From: Gemmatimonadales bacterium
GTDB lineage: Bacteria; Gemmatimonadota; Gemmatimonadetes; Gemmatimonadales; GWC2-71-9
Assembly: GCA_038321865.1 (NCBI GenBank)
Contig: JBBQFH010000002.1
Span: forward strand, 96,001-160,000
Length of the DNA: 64,000 nt
Direction: 5' to 3'
In this document: piece after piece, positions 1-8,626 of the stretch
Layout: each line of letters starts with the position of its first letter
Position numbering within the stretch: position 1 is the stretch's first letter
Notes under the pieces: generated by a model
Told to the model about the DNA's origin: nothing
Databases searched by the model: none
What the model saw: only the letters and a program-made list of their open reading frames with translations
Program-made: the position numbers and the translations under genes

Positions 1-390
1 CGCGTTCGGGAGACGCCCGGCCGACAGCCTGGCCCGGCCCGCGCGTGACACGGCCATGGGGCGCTCCGTGCGCGACAGCGCAGAAGGCCGCCGAGGACGC
101 GACACGACCGCCAAGGCGGTACCCAAGCAGGTTCCGGCCGTGGCGCGTCCGGACACGATTCCGCGCCGGCCGGCGGTGAGTGAACGACTGGTGCTCCGGG
201 TGGCAGGAAAATGGAAGCCTGGGGGCCGCTACACCGTCCTCATTCGCGGCGTGCGCAACCTGAACGGAGTGGCGGCCGATGCGGTGGGCGTGCTCGCGGT
301 GGCCGCCCCTGCGCCCGCGACGGGTGCCGATTCGACCGGTCGCCGGGTCCGGCCCGCGCCCGACTCGGGAGCGGTCCGCACGAAACCGCG

Positions 391-394
<4 letters not shown>
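1..394 (+). CDS. Partial (5'-truncated) protein; C-terminus resembles a bacterial Ig-like (Big_5-type) domain with a Pro/Ala-rich tail
   Basis: Frame is open from position 2 to TGA at 392-394, overlapping the selA ATG (ATGA). Motif GRYTVLIRGVRNLNG resembles Ig-like domain ends. Confidence 0.55.
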
Positions 395-1749
<1,355 letters not shown>

Positions 1750-1768
1750 GCGGTCCCGCCTGAAAACT

Positions 1769-1806
1769 CAATCGACCCGTCGCGCGTTTGCGCGACGGGT
1801 CGATTG
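1769..1806. terminator. Perfect 17-bp hairpin between convergent genes (probable bidirectional terminator)
   Basis: CAATCGACCCGTCGCGC-GTTT-GCGCGACGGGTCGATTG; no long U tract. Confidence 0.7.
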
Positions 1807-1825
1807 GCTCAGGGTCTGGAGCGGC

Positions 1826-2674
1826 TCAGTAGGGAAAGAGCCCGATCTCGGCTGGTGGATTGCTTCCGCTGCTGCCGACGAAGCTGCCCGTGAACGTTCG
1901 CGGGCTCTGTCCCTTCATCTGGACCGTGACGACGTAGTCCGACCGGGGGACGCCGCAATCGGCGTAGTAGTGGAGCACGACGCGATAGGTGCCGTGCGGC
2001 GCCACTCCCACGGGCCAGACGATGTTCTCGTTATTCACGTTGTCGATCGTGCAGGCCGGATTGGAGTCAAGATCGAGCGTGCCGCCGCTCGCGGCGGTCT
2101 TGTTGCCATAGTAGACCTCTTCACCGCTCGGATCGTACACGTGAAGGTCCACGTCCGTCGCGCCGCTCCACGAGACGCTCACCTGGATGTCGCCGATGCC
2201 GACATGCGTTACGCGAATCGTCTGGACGCCGTAGGCGCCCATGGCGCCGCCGCTGACCAGTCCGTAGCTGAGCTGGAACGTGCTGGCGGACAGCGTGGGC
2301 GAAATGCCGACGACCAGGTCGCTGGTCGACACGTCGGCCGGCAGGGTCAGCTCCCAGTAGTTCTGGAACCCGGGAATCGCGACGATCACCGTATTGAACG
2401 CGCTGCCGGCCGCGAGGCTCACCCGGGAGCTGCCGCCGTTGACCACGCTCCCGATGCCGGAAATAGTCGCCACGTTGCCGGTGCCCGCGACGGGCGCTGG
2501 ACCGGTCCGGAGGACGGCGGCGATCGCACCGTTCGCGGTAGTCACGCCGGGTACGATGTCCTCGATCAGCAAGCCTGGGCCAAGCTGCTTCGGCGCTTCG
2601 CAACCGGCAACCGCGATGCAGGCCAGCGCGGCGCCGAGCCGCATCGCCCGACCAAACCAGTGATTCGCCTGCAT
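1826..2674 (-). CDS. Lipoprotein with C-terminal YfaP/DUF2135-like domain
   Basis: Lipobox VAGC; motif IQVSVSWSGATDVDLHVYDPSGEEVYY...GGTLDLDSN...NENI. AGGAG SD on the minus strand at 2684-2688. Confidence 0.75.
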   Translation of the reverse strand: MQANHWFGRAMRLGAALACIAVAGCEAPKQLGPGLLIEDIVPGVTTANGAIAAVLRTGPAPVAGTGNVATISGIGSVVNGGSSRVSLAAGSAFNTVIVAIPGFQNYWELTLPADVSTSDLVVGISPTLSASTFQLSYGLVSGGAMGAYGVQTIRVTHVGIGDIQVSVSWSGATDVDLHVYDPSGEEVYYGNKTAASGGTLDLDSNPACTIDNVNNENIVWPVGVAPHGTYRVVLHYYADCGVPRSDYVVTVQMKGQSPRTFTGSFVGSSGSNPPAEIGLFPY

Positions 2675-2735
2675 GGGTGCGCACTCCTGAATGGAAGTCC
2701 GTGGGCGTTACGAATGTTCGAGGCGACGAAACAAG

Positions 2736-2751
2736 GGCAACGTTCGTGCCC
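2736..2751 (-). promoter_or_regulatory. Putative sigma54 (-24/-12) promoter for the YfaP-like lipoprotein gene
   Basis: Minus strand reads GGGCACGAACGTTGCC, i.e. GG-N10-GC, close to the TGGCACG-N4-TTGCW consensus; about 60 nt upstream of the start codon. Confidence 0.6.
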
Positions 2752-2886
2752 TGTGCCTGGCGAACAGGGGCAACACATTGTCGCACATTCGGTTGTCCGC
2801 CCCACCCGGGAACGGCGGCCCTGCGTGCCACATGGCATTCCGCAACCGCTAGGCGAATCCCGGGCCCTCGGTTAGTTTTTCCGCCC

Positions 2887-3492
2887 ATGCCGATGCGGGT
2901 AGCGGTCTGTATCTCCGGGCGCGGCAGCAACCTGGGTGCCCTGCTCGACGCGCTTCCCGGTGGCGCCCCCGCGGAGGTGGTGCTGGTGCTCAGCAGCCGG
3001 CCCGACGCCGCCGGACTTGAGCGGGCGCGGGCGGCGCGTGTGCCCGCCATATCCTTGCGGGATCCGGCGGACACGGCGGAGTGGATGTCGCAGCTGGAGC
3101 ATCACCGGGTCGAGCTCGTGGTTCTGGCCGGCTATCTCAAGCTGGTCCCCGCCGGCGTGATCGCCGCATATCGGGGACGCATCATCAACATCCATCCCGC
3201 GCTCCTGCCGGCATTTGGCGGGGCCGGGATGTACGGGTCGAGAGTACACCGCGCAGTGCTCGAGAGCGGCGTGGCCGAAACCGGAGCCACCGTCCACCTC
3301 GTCGATGAGGTATACGATCGCGGGGCAATCCTGGCTCAGGCGCGAGTGCCGGTCGTGGCAGGTGATACGCTGGAAACGCTGGCGCAACGTGTGCTGGTGG
3401 CCGAACACCGCTTACTCCCTGCCGCCGTCCTCGCGGCGGCGAGGGCCGGCCGCGCGGTTGCGCTGTCCTCAGAATCGGAGTCGAGACTGTGA
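2887..3492 (+). CDS. purN: Phosphoribosylglycinamide formyltransferase
   Basis: ISGRGSNL, LAGYLK, INIHPALLPAFGG, GATVHLVDEVYDRG. Start is ATG 2887 or 2893. Confidence 0.96.
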   Translation: MPMRVAVCISGRGSNLGALLDALPGGAPAEVVLVLSSRPDAAGLERARAARVPAISLRDPADTAEWMSQLEHHRVELVVLAGYLKLVPAGVIAAYRGRIINIHPALLPAFGGAGMYGSRVHRAVLESGVAETGATVHLVDEVYDRGAILAQARVPVVAGDTLETLAQRVLVAEHRLLPAAVLAAARAGRAVALSSESESRL

Positions 3493-3502
3493 ACGGACCG
3501 GC

Positions 3503-5032
3503 ATGCCGCGCGCTCTGATCTCGGTGAGCGACAAGCGAGGCATCGTGGGGTTTGCGCAGGGGCTCGCGTCCCTCGGGTGGGAGCTTGTCTCCACCGGAGG
3601 GACTGCGGCGGCGCTCCGCGCCGCTGGGCTCACCGTGACCGGGGTGGACGAGGTCACCGGATTTCCTGAAGTCCTTGACGGCCGGCTCAAGACGCTGCAT
3701 CCCAAGATCCACGGTGGATTGCTGGCGCGCCGGGATCTCCCGGAGCATCAGGCCGCGTTGGCCCGGCACGGCATTCTTCCATTCGATCTCGTCGCCGTCA
3801 ATCTGTATCCGTTTCAGCTGACGATCGCGCAGCCTGGGGTCAGCTTCGCCGACGCCATCGAGAACATCGATATCGGCGGGCCCTCGATGCTCCGCTCGGC
3901 CGCCAAGAATCACGAGTTCGTGCTGCCGGTCGTGGACCCGACCGATTACGACCCGGTGCTCCAGCTGCTTCGGAGCGGCGAGATCCCGGCAAGTATGCGA
4001 CGAGAGCTCGCCGCGAAGGTCTTCGCGCATACCGCCGAGTACGACAGCGCGATCACGGGCTTCCTGACCCCGCGCGAGGAAGGCCTGCCGAGCCGGCTGG
4101 GGCTGTCCATGGAACGGCTGCAGCCGCTGCGGTACGGCGAGAATCCCACCCAGCGCGCCGCCCTGTACGTCACCGAAGAACCGCGCGGCATGCGCGACCT
4201 CGTGCAGCGTCAGGGCAAGGAACTCTCCTTCAACAATCTGCTCGATATCGACGCGGCAATGACGGCGGTTGCCAACTGGTCGGCGCGGCCGGCGTGCGTC
4301 GTGGTCAAGCACACGACGCCGTGCGGCGTCGCGGTGGCGGGCACGGCCGCAGAGGCCTTTCAGCGCGCCCGCGCCACCGACCCGGTCTCCGCGTTCGGGT
4401 CGGTCGTCGCGTTCAACACCGTGGTCGATGACGCAACGGCGCAGGCCATGCGTGACCTCTTCGTCGAAGTGGTCGCAGCGCCGTCCTTCCACGAGGAGGC
4501 GATGGCCGTCTTCGCGGCGAAGAAGAATCTCCGGGTGGTGGAGCTCCCCGTCAGCCACGCGCCAGGCGCGCTCGATTTCAAGCGGGTGCGCGGCGGCTTT
4601 CTGGTGCAGGACGCCTTCCTGTACGACCCATCTGAACACGGGTGGGCGGTCGTCTCTTCCCGGGAACCGACCGAAGATGAGCGGCGTGACCTTCGCTTCG
4701 CGTGGGCGGCGGTCAGCACGGTCAAGTCGAACGCCGTACTGCTCGCCCACCGGGAAATGGCGATCGGGATCGGGGCAGGCCAGATGAGTCGCGTCGACAG
4801 CTCGTTCCTGGCGGTGCACAAGGCCCGGCAGCAGGGACATGCGACCGCCGGGAGCGTACTCGCATCCGATGGATTCTTTCCATTTGCCGATGGCGTCGAC
4901 GAAGCCGCGGCGGCTGGCGTGACGGCCATCATCCAGCCCGGCGGCTCGGTGCGGGATCCCGAGGTGATCGCCGCGGCCGACCGTCACAACATCGCGATGG
5001 TCGTCACCGGCCGCCGCCAGTTCCGCCACTAA
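3503..5032 (+). CDS. purH: Bifunctional AICAR formyltransferase / IMP cyclohydrolase
   Basis: RALISVSDK, STGGTA, KTLHPKIHGG, IDIGGPSMLRSAAKN, LRYGENP, GAGQMSR, QPGGS, C-terminal RQFRH. Confidence 0.98.
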   Translation: MPRALISVSDKRGIVGFAQGLASLGWELVSTGGTAAALRAAGLTVTGVDEVTGFPEVLDGRLKTLHPKIHGGLLARRDLPEHQAALARHGILPFDLVAVNLYPFQLTIAQPGVSFADAIENIDIGGPSMLRSAAKNHEFVLPVVDPTDYDPVLQLLRSGEIPASMRRELAAKVFAHTAEYDSAITGFLTPREEGLPSRLGLSMERLQPLRYGENPTQRAALYVTEEPRGMRDLVQRQGKELSFNNLLDIDAAMTAVANWSARPACVVVKHTTPCGVAVAGTAAEAFQRARATDPVSAFGSVVAFNTVVDDATAQAMRDLFVEVVAAPSFHEEAMAVFAAKKNLRVVELPVSHAPGALDFKRVRGGFLVQDAFLYDPSEHGWAVVSSREPTEDERRDLRFAWAAVSTVKSNAVLLAHREMAIGIGAGQMSRVDSSFLAVHKARQQGHATAGSVLASDGFFPFADGVDEAAAAGVTAIIQPGGSVRDPEVIAAADRHNIAMVVTGRRQFRH

Positions 5033-5048
5033 CCGCGAACTCGAGCCT

Positions 5049-7205
5049 ATGACCCCCGTCCCTCCCGTCCGGCGTACCCGCCCGCCTTACCTCGCCGCCA
5101 CGGCGCTCGGGGCGGCCGTCTTTCTGGTCTACGTCATCACGCTGGCGCCGACGACGGCGTTCTGGGACACCTCCGAATACATTGCCGCCGCGAAGGTGTT
5201 GGGAATCCCCCACCCTCCCGGGAATCCGCTCTTCACGCTGCTGGCGCACGTGTGGGGCCTGCTGCCGCTGGCGGCCTCGTACGCGGAACGCATCAACCTG
5301 TTCGCCGCCGCGACCAGCGCCGCCACCGCCTCGCTGTGGTTCCTGGTGGCCGATCGCTGGCTGCAGCCGGTCGTGCAGGTGCGCTGGGCCCGACTCGCCG
5401 CGGCCGCCGCAGGAGGGCTCGTCGGCGCCTTTTCCTGGACGGTGTGGAACCAGTCCACCGTCAATGAGAAGGTGTACACCGTTTCGCTCCTGTCGGTGGC
5501 GCTCGTCATGTGGCTCGCCGTGCACTGGGCCGATGACGAGCCCGGCCCGCACCGCGACCGCTGGCTCGTTCTGATCGCCTACGTCCTCGCCCTGACATCG
5601 ACCAATCACATGATGGGCGTGTTGGCGACCCCCGCCGTCGTCATCTACGTGTTGTGGACCGATTGGCGCGTCTTCACCCGGCCGTGGGTGCTGGTCGGCA
5701 TCGCGACGGCGGTGCTGGTGGGCATCTCGCTGAACTACATCTATCTCCCGATGCGCGCGGGGCAGTTCCCCGCCATCAACGAGGGCGAGCCGATCGGTTT
5801 CTTCAGCAAGGCGCTGAGTGACGTGCTCGGGCGCGTGCAGTACGGCAAGCCGCCCGTACTCGACCGGCAGGCGGACTTCCTCGCCCAGATCGCCAACTAC
5901 CTCCAATACTTCAGCTGGCAGTTCGGACGCGACTGGAGCGTGACGAGCATCGCCGCCGCCTTCTGCTTCGGCGCGCTTGGCCTGTACGGCATGGTGATGC
6001 TGTGGCTGCGTGACCGGCGCGCCGGATTGGCGGCGGCGGCGATGCTGGGGACACTGACGCTGGCCCTCGTGACCTACCTGAATTTCAAGTACGGTTTCTC
6101 ACAGCACCTCGAGCAGGCCGAGCACGAGGTCCGCGAGCGGGATTATTTCTTCATCGCCTCGTTTTCCTATTTCGGCGTGCTGGTCGCGGTGGGCTTCGGC
6201 GCACTGCTGCACGCCATCGTGGGTCTGCTGCGGGACCGCGGCACCGAGGGGAGCCGCTGGGCCCTCGCGAGCCCCATCCTTGCACTCGCGCTGATCCCGC
6301 TGTTCGGCAACCGGGTGACGGCCAGTCGCGCGCACGAGCGGCTGGCGCGCGATTTTGCGGTGGACCTCCTCGAGTCCATCGAGCCCTACGGCATTCTGAT
6401 CACCGCCGGCGACAACGACACCTTTCCCCTCTGGTACGCGCAGGAAGTCGAGGGCGTGCGCCGCGATGTGACGCTGGCGAATCTGTCGCTCATGAATACC
6501 GACTGGCACCTCCGGCAGCTGCGCCGGCGCGTGACGCCGACGTTCGATCCGAACTCGGCCGCGCCGATCTGGCGGCTGGGTCCTGCCGAAGGGGGCGTCG
6601 CGCTCACCGACACTGCGACCAGGCGGGCACCGGCGGTCTGGCCCAAGCCGACGACACCGGTGTTCTCGCTCACCGAAGCCCAGCTTGACAGCCTGCCGGA
6701 GGTCCAGCCGGTCCAGAAGAATTCCGGACTCCAGCTCGACAGTCTGCAGATCGCCTTCGGGACCGAGTATCTCGAGCGGAAGGATTTCGCCGCGATTTTC
6801 CTCATCAAGGACAATCTCGGCAAGCGGCCAATCTACTTCGCCTGGAGCGACGGCGGCTACCCGGATCAGACGCTGGGGCTGACCGGCTATCTCGTCAGCG
6901 CAGGTCTGGTGCGCAAGCTGATGCCGGTGCCGGTCGTTGCCAGGGACTCCATCGTCCTGTCCCAGGGGCTCGGCTACGTCAACGTGCCGCGAAGCAGCCA
7001 GCTGCTGTGGAACGTCTATCACTGGCAGAGCGCGGCCCGCCGCCGGCCGCTCGGCTGGGTCGACCCGCCGTCATCGTCGATCCTGCAGCTGTACGCGGTG
7101 GTCTACGGCGGGATGTCCGAAGTGCTCGCGCAGAAGGGCCAGCGGACCGAGGCCGTGCGGGCCGATTCCATTTCCAAGGCGGTGATGGCCAACATCCGCC
7201 GCTGA
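5049..7205 (+). CDS. DUF2723 / TMEM260-like multi-pass membrane glycosyltransferase
   Basis: FWDTSEY, HPPGNPLF, many TM helices, EVRERDYFF, GDNDTFPLWYAQEVEGVR. Confidence 0.85.
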   Translation: MTPVPPVRRTRPPYLAATALGAAVFLVYVITLAPTTAFWDTSEYIAAAKVLGIPHPPGNPLFTLLAHVWGLLPLAASYAERINLFAAATSAATASLWFLVADRWLQPVVQVRWARLAAAAAGGLVGAFSWTVWNQSTVNEKVYTVSLLSVALVMWLAVHWADDEPGPHRDRWLVLIAYVLALTSTNHMMGVLATPAVVIYVLWTDWRVFTRPWVLVGIATAVLVGISLNYIYLPMRAGQFPAINEGEPIGFFSKALSDVLGRVQYGKPPVLDRQADFLAQIANYLQYFSWQFGRDWSVTSIAAAFCFGALGLYGMVMLWLRDRRAGLAAAAMLGTLTLALVTYLNFKYGFSQHLEQAEHEVRERDYFFIASFSYFGVLVAVGFGALLHAIVGLLRDRGTEGSRWALASPILALALIPLFGNRVTASRAHERLARDFAVDLLESIEPYGILITAGDNDTFPLWYAQEVEGVRRDVTLANLSLMNTDWHLRQLRRRVTPTFDPNSAAPIWRLGPAEGGVALTDTATRRAPAVWPKPTTPVFSLTEAQLDSLPEVQPVQKNSGLQLDSLQIAFGTEYLERKDFAAIFLIKDNLGKRPIYFAWSDGGYPDQTLGLTGYLVSAGLVRKLMPVPVVARDSIVLSQGLGYVNVPRSSQLLWNVYHWQSAARRRPLGWVDPPSSSILQLYAVVYGGMSEVLAQKGQRTEAVRADSISKAVMANIRR

Positions 7206-7213
7206 GCGACCGT

Positions 7214-7654
7214 TCAGTCGATGCGCGTGCTGTCCGCCGGCTGAAGACCTTTGCCGATGGCCGCCCGGTCGCCCCGCCACGATGACCATGTCAACGGACA
7301 CTCGGGACCGAACGGCGGATCGGGATGGCCGGGGCGGCCGAGGAGCTCATGCAGCATCTCGTGCCGCACGACCAGCTCGTTCGCCTCATAGTCGCTCGCG
7401 AGATAGATCGCGTGGCCGGACTCCCAGCGCCCCGCGCACTGGCCGCCGGGACAATCGAAGCTGTGCCCCTCCACGACGAACCAGCGCACACGCCCGAAAT
7501 CACCGACGCGGCCGGAACAGGCCTCGGTCTTGGCCCACCATTCCCGGTAGAGGAGCGGTGGCTTGATCCTGGTATCGCCCGATGGTTCGAACCCGCAGGA
7601 AAGCAGGACCAACAAGGTGGTAATCGGTACGGCGCGGCGCAGGGCAGCGGACAA
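7214..7654 (-). CDS. Small lipoprotein with HExxH zincin-like motif
   Basis: TTG start with GGAG SD; lipobox LLSC; VVRHEMLHELLG. Confidence 0.65.
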   Translation of the reverse strand: MSAALRRAVPITTLLVLLSCGFEPSGDTRIKPPLLYREWWAKTEACSGRVGDFGRVRWFVVEGHSFDCPGGQCAGRWESGHAIYLASDYEANELVVRHEMLHELLGRPGHPDPPFGPECPLTWSSWRGDRAAIGKGLQPADSTRID

Positions 7655-7925
7655 GGCATCTCCAATTCAGCAATTGGCTGAGGACACCACTCCGAAGTGC
7701 ACCCCCTGTACCAACCGCCACGCCGCGCTCGTCAACACGGCCGTCAGTGCCACAACCGCTTGCATCTCCTCACGTTGGACGATCGACATGTGAATCGACT
7801 TGAGCTGTTGTTGGAGCGTCGCGGCTGGCGGCGTGCGGGTCTGTTTGCAGCACGCCGCAAGCGGCGCAGTCACGCGCAGGGGACGCGCGCCGGCTAACTT
7901 TTCCGCGTGCTCATACGGAGTCATC

Positions 7926-8426
7926 ATGAAATCCGCTCACTACCTGCTTGCTGTGTTCACCCTCGGCAGCGGCGGCTGTTTTCTCGATCCCGGGGCCTGC
8001 CAGGACGAGCATCGCACGCTCGAGCTCGCTGGCACCATCGTGACCAGCGGGTCCGGCACCCAGACGATTGGCGCGGCCGTCAGTCTCAACGAGTCCACCG
8101 GCAATCCGGGCTTCCGCGTCCTCAACCTCGTCCTCACGACCGCGCTCAACGGGGAGATTGCCTCCGCATCCCTGCTGGACGTCGCGGCGGGCGGAACACA
8201 GGTGCTCGCCACCTGGCCATCAGGAAATATCCAGCTGACCTCGCGGTGGGATGCCAACCTCGAGCTGGCGTCGTCGCCGCCGACGCACGAGACGCTGGCG
8301 CAGCTCGCCGGCGCCGGGCGCCTGCAGCTGCGTGTCGAATTTGAGGCGGCGAGTGGACTCACCTCGGCCGCCGGCCCCCTGCGAGTCACGACCGATGGCA
8401 GCTGGGAGCACCTCCGCTGCGACTGA
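7926..8426 (+). CDS. Hypothetical lipoprotein
   Basis: GGAG SD at 7917-7920; ATG 7926; signal peptide ending SGGC; beta-rich body. Confidence 0.65.
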   Translation: MKSAHYLLAVFTLGSGGCFLDPGACQDEHRTLELAGTIVTSGSGTQTIGAAVSLNESTGNPGFRVLNLVLTTALNGEIASASLLDVAAGGTQVLATWPSGNIQLTSRWDANLELASSPPTHETLAQLAGAGRLQLRVEFEAASGLTSAAGPLRVTTDGSWEHLRCD

Positions 8427-8459
8427 GCGGCCATGACCAGTTCGAGCGGGTGGACTGCG

Positions 8460-8488
8460 TTGATCCCCGTCCCGGGCGCGCGTATGTT
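8460..8488 (+). promoter_or_regulatory. Sigma70-type promoter for tRNA-Ser
   Basis: TTGATC-17 nt-TATGTT followed by a GC-rich discriminator directly upstream of the tRNA. Confidence 0.6.
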
Positions 8489-8501
8489 GATCCGCGCGCC
8501 A

Positions 8502-8588
8502 GGCGTGGTGGCAGAGTGGTTTAATGCAGCGGTCTTGAAAACCGCCGTACCTTCACGGGTACCGTGAGTTCGAATCTCACCCACGCCG
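8502..8588 (+). tRNA. tRNA-Ser (anticodon UGA)
   Basis: Acceptor stem GGCGTGG/CCACGCC; anticodon arm GCGGT-CT-TGA-AA-ACCGC; long variable arm; T-loop TTCGAAT; CCA not encoded. Confidence 0.95.
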
Positions 8589-8626
8589 TCGCCCGCATCG
8601 TCGCGGGCGTTGTGAGGACCCTGCCC

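Noticed and set aside
3185..5029. Long antisense or alternative-frame ORFs (e.g. 3185-5029, 7940-9790, 18144-20033, 28976-31060, 37660-39120, 55443-57131)
   Set aside because: Shadow ORFs expected in high-GC DNA opposite well-supported genes; no recognisable motifs.
7214..7927. Selenocysteine readthrough: ORF 7667-7927 ends Cys-TGA in frame with the lipoprotein ORF 7214-7654
   Set aside because: The downstream ORF has its own SD, start and signal peptide; I see no convincing SECIS after the TGA; being in frame is a 1-in-3 coincidence.
8502..8588. tRNA with 'TGA' and a long variable arm near selA as tRNA-Sec
   Set aside because: The anticodon is UGA (reads UCA, Ser); tRNA-Sec needs anticodon UCA and an 8-bp acceptor stem, and this one has 7 bp.
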